The notes beneath the pieces were generated by a model. The model was not told where the DNA came from and searched no databases. It was given only the letters and a program-made list of their open reading frames with translations. A stretch of DNA of 34,050 nucleotides from an uncultured virus (IMG/VR IMGVR_UViG_3300037245_002282) (lineage: Duplodnaviria; Heunggongvirae; Uroviricota; Caudoviricetes): the IMG/VR virus record IMGVR_UViG_3300037245_002282; one strand, written 5' to 3'. How positions within the stretch are numbered: the stretch's first letter is position 1; each line of letters starts with the position of its first letter. The position numbers and the translations under genes were made by a program. Positions 1 to 9,125 of the stretch are shown one piece after another.

Positions 1-2518
1 CGCCACCAGCAAGGCCCTGTAAAAGAACTCTTGCACCACGAATAGTAACCCAACGCATTCCACGAGCTTTCACTTCATCGGCTGAATAGTATTTCTTACC
101 GTTACCATTCGATTTTCGAAGTTCACCCAGCCAGTAAAACTTAATCGGTTTACCTTTCTCAAGAAGATACCATTGTCCAGTGGTTTTACTCTTAACCATA
201 CTACCGTCCGGGATAGATTTCCGTACTCCAAACCTGTCTACCAGATTTGTGATTCTTTGTTCCATAATTCGCCTCAGTTTCGGGTCTTCAATACCCGCCA
301 AAATAACACCTTTCTTAGCTAATACGTTTGTCAGTTGATCTTGAATATCAACATCTGTTACGAGACCGAACACCGAGGAAGCCGAGCGAGAGGGATCACG
401 TAGACTCTCTACCTCCGTAACGTCGCTGTTAAATGCGGCACCTTTTGGTTTCCCCTGTGCGCGGTATCTCAATGATCCACCATTATCTATTCGCCATATC
501 TTTGAACCATCCCATATCACATTATCATTATCCATACCGAGTACATCCCAGTTACTTACCAACGCATCGGCTACAAATCCATCTCGAATCTGGTCTCTTG
601 CTTCAGCCTGTTCATCGCCATGAAGTTCTGATAATGGAACACCCTCAATAAAATCGGCAACCTGTACAAGCTTCCCTTCTTTATCATGAGAGAGCTGAAC
701 ATCAGGCACATTGATACCTAATATTTTATAGATTCTATTTGCTGTATATTCATCCTTAAGATGGCCTTCACTTGTGGATCGCTTCAAAACTTTTTCTTCA
801 CCGTTGACGAATCTAACTTTAATTGCTCCGCCAGTGGTCCCGCCCAGATTCTTAAGGCTGGCATATGATCCCATACTTTTCGGGCGTTTGCTCCCATTCT
901 GGGGATAGATATAATTCCAGCGACCATTCTTAAAATACTTTTTAACATATTTTTTACCTACTGCTTTCTGTAGATTGGAAGACATAGATTCTTTGACTTC
1001 ATCAGATCCAAATAAGTACATAGCATATTTCAATGAAAGTTTTGTGAAAGCCTCGTTTGTATTATTGGAAGATTTACTCTTCTGAATCAAAGAAACATTC
1101 AATTTCATAAAATTGATATTAGGCCGTCCGTGAGTTTCATAATCCCAATTATCAGGAGCATACTGATCATCCCATTTAATAGATTCAGTTATTTCAAAGC
1201 CATACTTAGAATATATCTTCGGCAGAACATCACCGAAACAATCCAATTTCTTTGCACCATTTTTAATCGATGTCTTCATAATTAAAGAACCTTCACGGGC
1301 ACCCGGTTCAGAGAAAACAGAGATAAGATCTCCATCCCCTGTAATAACAAAACCGCTCTTACCGGTAGCGGATACAAATGTCTTAGCTCCTTTCTTTTCA
1401 TAATCTTCTGCACTATACGCTGTAACAAAGGCTTCAAACTCTTTGGGAGTCTTCGCGTTTCTGATAGGTATAAACTCAGCCAGTGGAACAGAAGAATAAT
1501 CCACGACCGGCGGTGCTGCTTTCTTCGCTGTGAACTCAGCTATAGGTTTCTTTTTAATCTGTTTAGGGTCACGGATATCAACCCATTTACCTTCCGAGAC
1601 TTTTCTACGACCACGGGAAACTGTACCAATCGGCATACGTTTAGCTTTCTGCATATTTGCTTTATCCCATAATTCGGTTATATATTTTCTATCTGTAAAA
1701 TCAAGTTGAGTTCCAAATAAAACGCTAATATACTTAGCACCCTTTTGTTTTAGATTAAAATACCTATGATTACCATCTTCAATATTTATATTTCCTTTAT
1801 AATCAACACTCACCCTTATCGGTTCATTGGGATTTCTAGGTTTATGTTTACCTATCGTAGTTTCTTTAGTATGCCCTTTTGTAGGCTGTATTTCAGATAT
1901 TAAGAGTCGCATTGGTTTTCTATTATTCATAAAATCAGAAGCACTAGTGTATGCTTTCGCTTCTTCGTTAATAGAATGTCCTTTTAAAGAATGCTTAAAA
2001 TCAGTATACGTATATACTGGCTTCCCATTAACTATTTTTTTAGAGATATACTTATGACTTAAAGCTTTTTTCAGCTTCATACCACGCTTTTCCTTCAGCA
2101 TGATTTTAAAAGTCGCCATGTCCACAATGGTCATGTCCTGATAAAACTTAGGATTATCGTACTGATTGATATACGCGGTTTTCGCTTCAACAGCGCTGTT
2201 AAATCCTAAAAGAACCTTATCTTCATCATAAGCGCCTGTCTCCGGGACCTGTTGATGAATGATGAATACTTTATCACTGAACTTATTATTTCCCAGATAC
2301 ACATCGACATGATCACCATCTGTACCTTCTGTAGCCCGCACGTAGCCGTATTGGAAATGCATGAAATTCCGCCATGGTATCCCGGTTAACGGATTCATAC
2401 CCTGACGATAACTACCTCTCTCATTTTCTATAGAGATAGGAAGACCCTGAAACTTACATTTTCCTTGTAGTTTATGACTGCGCCAGTCGACTGCATTAGT
2501 GATTATACCGCGTTTCAC
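1..2518 (-). CDS. Large multidomain (polyvalent-type) protein, >839 aa, truncated at the window edge: inorganic pyrophosphatase-like, ParB/Srx-like, GNAT-like and HipA/PI3K-like kinase domains
   Basis: Not in the ORF track. Manual translation from GTG at 2518 (directly after the upstream TAA) stays open to position 2. Motifs: YGYVRATEGTDGDHVDVYLG...DEDKVLLGF (~2090-2500); IEDGNHRY (~1760-1785); GAKKLDCFGDVLPKIYSKYGF...WDDQYAP (~1110-1500); LGGTTGGA..VLK..E..NWDVLGMDNDN..RIDNGGSL (~260-860). Confidence 0.85.
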   Translation of the reverse strand, partial: MKRGIITNAVDWRSHKLQGKCKFQGLPISIENERGSYRQGMNPLTGIPWRNFMHFQYGYVRATEGTDGDHVDVYLGNNKFSDKVFIIHQQVPETGAYDEDKVLLGFNSAVEAKTAYINQYDNPKFYQDMTIVDMATFKIMLKEKRGMKLKKALSHKYISKKIVNGKPVYTYTDFKHSLKGHSINEEAKAYTSASDFMNNRKPMRLLISEIQPTKGHTKETTIGKHKPRNPNEPIRVSVDYKGNINIEDGNHRYFNLKQKGAKYISVLFGTQLDFTDRKYITELWDKANMQKAKRMPIGTVSRGRRKVSEGKWVDIRDPKQIKKKPIAEFTAKKAAPPVVDYSSVPLAEFIPIRNAKTPKEFEAFVTAYSAEDYEKKGAKTFVSATGKSGFVITGDGDLISVFSEPGAREGSLIMKTSIKNGAKKLDCFGDVLPKIYSKYGFEITESIKWDDQYAPDNWDYETHGRPNINFMKLNVSLIQKSKSSNNTNEAFTKLSLKYAMYLFGSDEVKESMSSNLQKAVGKKYVKKYFKNGRWNYIYPQNGSKRPKSMGSYASLKNLGGTTGGAIKVRFVNGEEKVLKRSTSEGHLKDEYTANRIYKILGINVPDVQLSHDKEGKLVQVADFIEGVPLSELHGDEQAEARDQIRDGFVADALVSNWDVLGMDNDNVIWDGSKIWRIDNGGSLRYRAQGKPKGAAFNSDVTEVESLRDPSRSASSVFGLVTDVDIQDQLTNVLAKKGVILAGIEDPKLRRIMEQRITNLVDRFGVRKSIPDGSMVKSKTTGQWYLLEKGKPIKFYWLGELRKSNGNGKKYYSADEVKARGMRWVTIRGARVLLQGLAGG

Positions 2519-3010
2519 TTACGATCTCACTTTATGTTTAACTTTTGAAAGATCTACTTTACTAATATGTGCACCACCACCCTTAATAGCTACCTTAAAA
2601 CCACCAATGGGCGTTTTAAAATACATGCTATGCCGATCTTCACCGGTACCTAGAAATACCATGTGAGATTTATCCCCTTTATTACGTATAATATCTGCCA
2701 AACGAAGCATAGTATTTCGATCTGTCGGTTGACCGCCAGCATTCTTTAACGCCAAGGATACCACTCTCTGTATACCTTTCGGTAGACTAGTCATAAACTT
2801 ATCCCCATCACCCGACGATACTGTATTATCAGAATCTTTTTTTGCATATATCTTTTCAGGTTCTATTTTCTTCGCGATACGCTTTTGACCACCTTTGGGA
2901 CCGTATTCATACTTATAGTTCCCCGGCGATCCAGTCCGTTTGGTATATCGCGCTTTACGAAGTTCCTGAGCATACTCTCTAGCACTAAAAATTATAATTT
3001 CTCGTTCCAT
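2519..3010 (-). CDS. Hypothetical basic protein with LRKA-tag N-terminus (likely head-associated)
   Basis: ORF 2519..3109; the better start is ATG at 3010 (MEREIII...), after AAGGA and abutting the upstream stop. Contains ELRKARYTKRTGSPGNYKYEY. Confidence 0.7.
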   Translation of the reverse strand: MEREIIIFSAREYAQELRKARYTKRTGSPGNYKYEYGPKGGQKRIAKKIEPEKIYAKKDSDNTVSSGDGDKFMTSLPKGIQRVVSLALKNAGGQPTDRNTMLRLADIIRNKGDKSHMVFLGTGEDRHSMYFKTPIGGFKVAIKGGGAHISKVDLSKVKHKVRS

Positions 3011-3011
3011 A

Positions 3012-3242
3012 TCATTCCTTCTTTTTAAATGCGGGGCATTCGAATATAGCTGACGAAGTACCATACTTAAGATTAAATGCCAGTAATTCCGTAGCGATAT
3101 GACATCCATAAATACCCTTCATCATATAAAACTTACAATCAGGACAGAGCATATGATCGTGATAATCCCACCCGTCATTTTTCTTAACAGCTTCATAGCC
3201 GTGTCCGTGAACAGATTTTATTTTACCATTATTTGTACCCAT
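3012..3242 (-). CDS. Small Cys-rich hypothetical protein
   Basis: 76 aa, CPDC...C...C pattern, AGGT upstream, fits tightly between its neighbours. Confidence 0.6.
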   Translation of the reverse strand: MGTNNGKIKSVHGHGYEAVKKNDGWDYHDHMLCPDCKFYMMKGIYGCHIATELLAFNLKYGTSSAIFECPAFKKKE

Positions 3243-3248
3243 GGGGAC

Positions 3249-3917
3249 CTACTTTTTAGGAGTACGTACCTTCGGAGGTTGATGTTTACTTGCGCTCTCA
3301 GGTGCACTTGATCCAATTTCTTCAGGACGTACAATAATGGTCCTTCGACCAAAATTGTTATATGCTTGACTACCAGAACCAGAAACAGAAGTAGAATAAT
3401 TTGTATAGGGTTTCTTTTCCCCCTTTACTCTACCCTTTCCATCCACGCGTTTATTATCCACATGATCCCCTTCATCTTCAGGAATACTTGAGCCGATCAT
3501 TCTTTTAGTGGCCATCTGAGCAAACTTAATTCTCTCAGCGTGACCCTCGTAAGGAATCTTGCTTTTTATCTTACCCCCCGGAGCCGATAAGCTCGCCGGA
3601 TGCTGCGCTTTTTCCAGAGGTTCAATTTCTCCGGGAATTATAATCAATGCAAATCTTGTTTTCATATCACCCTCCACAAGCGATTTTTCCACCTTTGAAA
3701 GATGGGTATAATATTTTGAATCTTCATGCAAGTGATCCAGCGCAATCTCCCGCGCTACAGACTTACTTGAAGTATGTTCCATTTCCACTTTAATTCCACG
3801 GGCTAATTCTTTAGGATCTACATTCATTGAATGACCTTCCTTATGAAGACCTTCTTTTTTTAAATGAGCCACAGCGGCTTTACTCATTATTATTATCCTC
3901 CGCCGGATCAAATCCAA
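3249..3917 (-). CDS. DUF5661-like protein
   Basis: ELARGIKVEMEHT...AREIALDHLHEDSKYYTHL matches the DUF5661 motif as recalled. The start is uncertain. Confidence 0.7.
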   Translation of the reverse strand: MDLIRRRIIIMSKAAVAHLKKEGLHKEGHSMNVDPKELARGIKVEMEHTSSKSVAREIALDHLHEDSKYYTHLSKVEKSLVEGDMKTRFALIIIPGEIEPLEKAQHPASLSAPGGKIKSKIPYEGHAERIKFAQMATKRMIGSSIPEDEGDHVDNKRVDGKGRVKGEKKPYTNYSTSVSGSGSQAYNNFGRRTIIVRPEEIGSSAPESASKHQPPKVRTPKK

Positions 3918-4015
3918 GTATCTGTATAACGGCTTTCGGGGTTGATTCTAACTTATCATTATCAGAATCAGTATCAGATATCCATTTAATCTCATCGGCT
4001 GTACCAATATACACA

Positions 4016-4906
4016 TCAGGGTCTTTCAATCTTCCGCCTCCACTTCTCAAAAATAGCAGGGTTTACATAACTACCCAGAGCTACTGCCCTTGTATTACCC
4101 AGTTGATGTGCTACAGCGTCCCCAACTGCCTTAACCCGCTTTTTATATTCAGCCATAGTTGCTGGGGTTTTTCCCCTCATGGCTTTCATAGCCACTTCCG
4201 TTCCAAGATGTGTTCGGAAATCTTTACTTTGAAATCCGGCATTATTATCTAATCTATGGGTATATCTTAAAAGACCATCTCCGGTAACTCCGAATAACCG
4301 CCTATTTTTTCCAGCTTTACTCTTTCGCTTCAATAACATCTTAGCTACATCCGCATCCTTTACAGGAATCTCAAGATCAACTCCTTTTTTTCCGATGAAC
4401 TTGAGGGATACACCTGACTCGGTTCGCATCACGTGTCTGCCTTCCAGCGTTGTGGCTCCGAATGCGTCCACGCTGCCTCTGGTATTCTTTTCGCTTCCCG
4501 GTCTTATCCCCGTACTCATTATCAGCCATAACACCGTAGCGGCCTCGTTTTTTCCCTTTACGTCGGCTGCCACTTCCCTGCTGATTTCCTCGAACACCTT
4601 GTTCAGGGATTTGATCCTCGCAAACTTCTCTTTGCTCGCAGCGTCTACATGTGCCGGATTGTAAATGTATTGCACACGCCCTTTCGCGTCTTCGCCTTTC
4701 ACCCACAGCTTCGATTTCGGATCGTTGAAGTACTGAAGATTCTTCCATGCAGGCGGAACTTTGAACTTGTTCTGTATACGAGCCGGTAGTTCTCTCCGAT
4801 GCTTCACCGGTACCCACCTGCCCTCTGCTACTTTCACGTACTTTCCGCTCTTGCTCTTCGCACCTATAGCTACGCGTTTCGCTTTGGTAAAAATAACCAG
4901 TACCAT
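4016..4906 (-). CDS. DNA topoisomerase IB (bacterial/viral type)
   Basis: VPPAW, GEDAKGRVQYIY, GIRPGSE (Arg), FIGKKG (Lys), KDFRT (Arg) and LGNTRAVALGSYVNP (catalytic Tyr). Confidence 0.9.
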   Translation of the reverse strand: MVLVIFTKAKRVAIGAKSKSGKYVKVAEGRWVPVKHRRELPARIQNKFKVPPAWKNLQYFNDPKSKLWVKGEDAKGRVQYIYNPAHVDAASKEKFARIKSLNKVFEEISREVAADVKGKNEAATVLWLIMSTGIRPGSEKNTRGSVDAFGATTLEGRHVMRTESGVSLKFIGKKGVDLEIPVKDADVAKMLLKRKSKAGKNRRLFGVTGDGLLRYTHRLDNNAGFQSKDFRTHLGTEVAMKAMRGKTPATMAEYKKRVKAVGDAVAHQLGNTRAVALGSYVNPAIFEKWRRKIERP

Positions 4907-4909
4907 TTA

Positions 4910-6481
4910 TCATTCCACCACTATCCGCAACGTTCGCTCTTTTGATTTAGTCAAAGAACGTAACTCTTTTAAAGACTTTTCAGCCCTAACTTCATCTTTT
5001 TCCGTTCTAGTAGAATTGACCTCTTTTTCACCCGCATCTTCCTCATCGGCATTTGATGATTCAGAATACTGGCCCTCTCCGAGATCACCATAATCACCCA
5101 TACCCTGTTCTTGCATAGCTGCTTGTTGTTCCTGAGCTTTACCTGCGAGGAATATCTGTACAGCCTGAGCATTCATAGGCATCTTTGACCAGTCTTCATT
5201 ATACGGTTCATCCCCATCTTCAACACGAACTTCATCAATAGACCGCCATCCCATAATTTGTTTATTACGGACTTCAGCTTTCTTCTGTTCATCCTCACGC
5301 TCAAGACCAACAAACTTAAATCTATATTTTTTGGTTACTTTTCTAATAACTTTATTAACATGCTGTTCAGCAAATCCCAGCATGGAAGCAAGTCCCCTAT
5401 CTTTAGAAGACTGAATTCTCGGTTCCGCATTCTCACTTATAATTGATGTACTATCGTCTGTTTTAATTCCCAGCTCGGCAAGATCCATTGAGAAAACAGC
5501 ACCAACAAGAGAGGATATAAACATCATTGTCTTATGATATTCCATATCTTTATTGTTTGATGATAAGTTTTTGAAATCGATCCCCACACCATCTTTACCA
5601 CTCGGGAGAATTGGAATATTAAATTGAGCACCTGCACCTGTCATAGCTGCATACCAATAATTTCTAATACTATCGAGCTGAGGTTTTGCCACATCACCCA
5701 TAACTGATATAAAACCTTTCGGCACACGATCCTTGATCAACTGATCTCTGATATAATTGTAACCGAATAAAAGTGTGGTTATGATATTGATACACATTTC
5801 AACAGGACTGTATCCATAACCTCTATATTTAACGTCAGATCTTTTAAATTTATAATCAAATATAAGATTTTCACTCTTATACTCTTCATAAATCTTATCA
5901 TCAATTTTCTGAACAAATCGAATATCCTTACCCCACCGCTTTTCATCAGTAACACGTGATATAGTTGCGCCGTCTAATGCCCAGAATGCCACCGGCTCGC
6001 CCATTCTATTGTATTGAATCTCCGTAGCAATCTGATCAATTTCATAAGTGTCCCTAACAAGCATGGATATATAATCCATAAAGTCATCCTCACGTTCCCC
6101 GTCAAATACAAAACCGGTCTGTTCTATGAAATTAGTTAATTGGATTATTTCACTTTCATTTTCCTTTTCACCCCTGAACTCTTCTGTCCGATTTTCAATC
6201 TCAAAACGAAAACCACGGTCATTCTGTTCCGTGGCATATTTTAAAAAGGGGAGAATCTGATCCTGTCGAGTATTGATAATCCCATTGATTAACGGCAACT
6301 GACCAACAGAGCGTCTGAGTGTTTCAAAATTAAGCTGAAGAATACGTTCACGTACTCCCTGCGCCCCGCCCCATAACCAATTTTGGACTCTTGGATCTAC
6401 GAGCTGACTAGTTAATTTTTTAATCGTGGCATCTTCATTAAAGCTGACTGCTGTGTTATTATTTTTCTTTCTTCTTGCCAT
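4910..6481 (-). CDS. Phage portal protein
   Basis: ~523 aa with YGYSPVE, VPKGFISV, IPILP, DMEY and WRSIDEVRVEDGDEP segments typical of large-phage portals, plus an acidic C-terminal tail. Probable start ATG 6481 (MARRKK) with GAGGT upstream. Confidence 0.88.
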   Translation of the reverse strand: MARRKKNNNTAVSFNEDATIKKLTSQLVDPRVQNWLWGGAQGVRERILQLNFETLRRSVGQLPLINGIINTRQDQILPFLKYATEQNDRGFRFEIENRTEEFRGEKENESEIIQLTNFIEQTGFVFDGEREDDFMDYISMLVRDTYEIDQIATEIQYNRMGEPVAFWALDGATISRVTDEKRWGKDIRFVQKIDDKIYEEYKSENLIFDYKFKRSDVKYRGYGYSPVEMCINIITTLLFGYNYIRDQLIKDRVPKGFISVMGDVAKPQLDSIRNYWYAAMTGAGAQFNIPILPSGKDGVGIDFKNLSSNNKDMEYHKTMMFISSLVGAVFSMDLAELGIKTDDSTSIISENAEPRIQSSKDRGLASMLGFAEQHVNKVIRKVTKKYRFKFVGLEREDEQKKAEVRNKQIMGWRSIDEVRVEDGDEPYNEDWSKMPMNAQAVQIFLAGKAQEQQAAMQEQGMGDYGDLGEGQYSESSNADEEDAGEKEVNSTRTEKDEVRAEKSLKELRSLTKSKERTLRIVVE

Positions 6482-6509
6482 GGATATCTGGTACCTCACT
6501 ATTAAGTTG

Positions 6510-6518
6510 ATTATACCA
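6510..6518 (-). promoter_or_regulatory. Candidate extended -10 promoter (TGGTATAAT) upstream of portal
   Basis: Minus strand reads TGGTATAAT (TGnTATAAT) between the terminator and the portal RBS. Confidence 0.45.
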
Positions 6519-6544
6519 CGCTATAGTGGAATGAAGAAAGAGCC

Positions 6545-6581
6545 AAAAAAAAGGAAACACGCGGTATTCATGCTCCCTTTT
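6545..6581 (-). terminator. Intrinsic terminator closing the accessory region
   Basis: Minus strand AAAAGGGAGCATG-loop-CGTGTTTCCTTTT, with G-U pairs and an 8-nt U-tract. Confidence 0.75.
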
Positions 6582-6796
6582 GGATTTAACATATAAGTTA
6601 TTTCAAGCAGACTTATAAGCCTACTATTATATTTTTGTTTGTCCCTTTTAATAATCTCCGTAGTATTAGATCAGGGTTTGCCCATACAGGACCTTAAACA
6701 GGATACTTCAATTTCATCACTCCTCCCTTCAACACAACCGAGACATTTTCGGCTATTGATACGTTATACATCCTTCTGCCTTTCTTGCGTGATTTT

Positions 6797-7066
6797 TCAT
6801 TTATTCTTAAAATCACGTATCCGTATTTGTCCTTTAAAAATATATACATCATACTTACTTGTTTGCAAAATCTCTCTAACAAATAATATTGGTTTATCTT
6901 TCGGTAGTATAGGTTTAAGCATTTTAACTTGATTACAATCACCCTTTAATACCTGACCGTACGAACTATAAACATTTATCTTCGAAGGATACGCAGTATG
7001 CCATGCACTATCAAACAACCTGATTAAAACTCCATTATCATCCGCCCATAATCCATCAAGTATCAT
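6797..7066 (-). CDS. GLW-family paralog, hypothetical
   Basis: N-terminus ILDGLWADDNGVLIRLFD; overlaps the upstream gene. Confidence 0.7.
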   Translation of the reverse strand: MILDGLWADDNGVLIRLFDSAWHTAYPSKINVYSSYGQVLKGDCNQVKMLKPILPKDKPILFVREILQTSKYDVYIFKGQIRIRDFKNK

Positions 7067-7382
7067 TAAACATAATCCCCTCTATAATAACTGAATCCTC
7101 AGATAACAATTCTAAATGTATAATTGTTAAAGAAGATCTATTCTTCTTTGGAAATACAGGATCAAGCATACTTGAATAATTGGCATTTCCCTTTAAAAGT
7201 ACACCTTTAACTTTAAATCTAAGTCTACCCCGCCAAAGCTGATTATTGAATCCCCTGTAATTACTAAAAGTAGCATCGAATAATCTAACTAAAAATTGAT
7301 TTTCAGTATCTTTCCATAAACCATCAAGACTCTTACTTGCATCATAAATGATTGTGCATTTGATATCCTGTATATTTGTCAT
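7056..7382 (-). CDS. GLW-family paralog, hypothetical
   Basis: SLDGLWKDTENQFLVRLFD...PVFPKKNR. Confidence 0.7.
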   Translation of the reverse strand: MTNIQDIKCTIIYDASKSLDGLWKDTENQFLVRLFDATFSNYRGFNNQLWRGRLRFKVKGVLLKGNANYSSMLDPVFPKKNRSSLTIIHLELLSEDSVIIEGIMFNDT

Positions 7383-7388
7383 AAATGA

Positions 7389-7649
7389 TCACTCGGGTGA
7401 ACATTTGAGCTTTATTAAAACAGCACAATCAGGATCACCGGGGCACTTCTCAGGATTATTTCCTGAACAGCCGATCAGATTACATATATCTTTAAGTGAT
7501 TTCTTATCCTTTCTTAATACAGTACCACACCATGGACATATTCTGAAGACCGGCGCAGTATACGGATACCCGTGTAATTTTGCAATCTCCTGAGCTGCTG
7601 ATATCTGCTCTATACTCAGTTTCCATTCTTCACAATCACATATCAGCAT
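7389..7649 (-). CDS. Cys-rich hypothetical protein
   Basis: CDC, CPWC and four further Cys; start overlaps the upstream stop. Confidence 0.65.
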   Translation of the reverse strand: MLICDCEEWKLSIEQISAAQEIAKLHGYPYTAPVFRICPWCGTVLRKDKKSLKDICNLIGCSGNNPEKCPGDPDCAVLIKLKCSPE

Positions 7650-7975
7650 CAGACAATCTCCTTAACTGTAACGTATTCACTTAATTTGATCATTTTAAAA
7701 ATCTCTCTTGACATACCAACACTATACCCGCACTCTTCACAGAAATGATCTCGCTCATCGTCATTAAGTTTTTTAAAGAATGAAATATTGTTCAAAACAA
7801 ATAACTGGAAATGAATCATTGTGGTATTATCTCGTCTCGCAGTCCGGCGTATATGTTTTAATTCCTCAACCATAGGCTGTACATCAGCATCAGGTATATC
7901 ATAATGGAATCCTGTAAAGCTTCTAAATCCACTCATGATTGCCTCCTTATATTCTTTTAAAATTACCCGTATCAT
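7649..7975 (-). CDS. Hypothetical protein
   Basis: Fits the operon; a GGAGG before the internal Met (MSGFRS) suggests a later start. Confidence 0.6.
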   Translation of the reverse strand: MIRVILKEYKEAIMSGFRSFTGFHYDIPDADVQPMVEELKHIRRTARRDNTTMIHFQLFVLNNISFFKKLNDDERDHFCEECGYSVGMSREIFKMIKLSEYVTVKEIV

Positions 7976-8288
7976 TTAAGTCTAAATCAAACAAATAACG
8001 ACTCGTAATTGAATATCCTGTAAAAATATATATGTTAGATACCTTTGTAGATGATAACCGCTTAATATATAAATTCGGTCTATTCTTTGGCATAATTGGT
8101 TTAATTGTAGTAAATTGTGCCCAAAGTGAATATGCACTAAACTCAATTAAGTTTAATATATCACCATATGCACTGAAATTAAACATATCAGTATTCATAC
8201 TAGTAATAAAGGAATGCTCACCGAATGTGCAATCATACAATCTAACCAAACCGCCCTTGTCACTACCCCACAAACCATCAATCGTCAT
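7947..8288 (-). CDS. GLW-family paralog, hypothetical
   Basis: MTIDGLWGSDKGGLVRLYD...PIMPKNRP; ATGA overlap with the upstream stop. Confidence 0.7.
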   Translation of the reverse strand: MTIDGLWGSDKGGLVRLYDCTFGEHSFITSMNTDMFNFSAYGDILNLIEFSAYSLWAQFTTIKPIMPKNRPNLYIKRLSSTKVSNIYIFTGYSITSRYLFDLDLNDTGNFKRI

Positions 8289-8800
8289 AACGTCCTGAAA
8301 TCCTCACCCACCGGCAGCGGACAATTCTTAAGCCAGTGAATCTCTTTTTTATCCCAGTTACACACGGGAACATAATCCATATCAAAATGATCAAACTTAT
8401 TCAACCTTAATGACAACGGCTTTTTCCTGTATTGGGTCTCTATGGCAATCAGTCTATCGAGTCTTTGAAACTCATGAATATGCTGCGGCTCATGTATCGT
8501 AAATGTGATACCTGATAATTTGTAATCACAGATCAAAGATGACCAGTTAGACATATCCCTGATAGTACAAGCTGAACTATAAATAAATACATTGACTTTC
8601 ATCTCAGTAAAGAAAGCAGTCAATGCTTTTACAGTCATAATTTCCATCATCGGTTCACCGCCTGTCAGATACACTTCCCTATATTTAAAGGCAGTCCTGA
8701 AATCAAACTTCTGGACATCGGGAAAATCTTTATTACAGCATCCCGAACAATTTCTCTGACATATATCGGTTATCTTTAATCGTAATCTATCGTTCATCAT
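8285..8800 (-). CDS. Small radical SAM protein
   Basis: CQRNCSGC (CxxxCxxC) and LTGGEP motifs. Confidence 0.85.
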   Translation of the reverse strand: MMNDRLRLKITDICQRNCSGCCNKDFPDVQKFDFRTAFKYREVYLTGGEPMMEIMTVKALTAFFTEMKVNVFIYSSACTIRDMSNWSSLICDYKLSGITFTIHEPQHIHEFQRLDRLIAIETQYRKKPLSLRLNKFDHFDMDYVPVCNWDKKEIHWLKNCPLPVGEDFRTL

Positions 8801-9078
8801 GACTCCTTGAACTTAGTCAGTCTATTTATTATATGAGTTACTGCTTTATCTATAGCGTCGGGTAATTGATCTTTAATTGCTTTACGTACTTTCAAAGATT
8901 GTGATATTTCAATCTGCATAAGCTTTTCAATTCGTCCCACGGTAACATAGCTTAATAAAGTATCATGAACCAAGCCTGTGATATCCTCTTTTACTATCTG
9001 ACTAATCTGTTCGTGAATCATCTCTCTAATTTCATCCCGTAGCTCTTTATCCTGTTTAATATCTATCGTCAGATTCAT
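8797..9078 (-). CDS. Hypothetical protein
   Basis: 93 aa, GAGGG RBS, first gene after a sigma28-like motif. Confidence 0.65.
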   Translation of the reverse strand: MNLTIDIKQDKELRDEIREMIHEQISQIVKEDITGLVHDTLLSYVTVGRIEKLMQIEISQSLKVRKAIKDQLPDAIDKAVTHIINRLTKFKES

Positions 9079-9093
9079 TATACCCTCTTATTG

Positions 9094-9125
9094 TATAAGT
9101 ATCGTAATAACTTGAATAACCTTAC
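9094..9125 (-). promoter_or_regulatory. Sigma28-like promoter motif, copy 1
   Basis: Minus strand GTAAGGTTATTCAAGTTATTA-CGATACTTATA. Confidence 0.55.

Noticed and set aside
4377..5172. Alternative-frame minus-strand ORFs 4377..4913 and 4969..5172
   Set aside because: They are nested in the TopIB and portal genes, with composition typical of off-frame reading.
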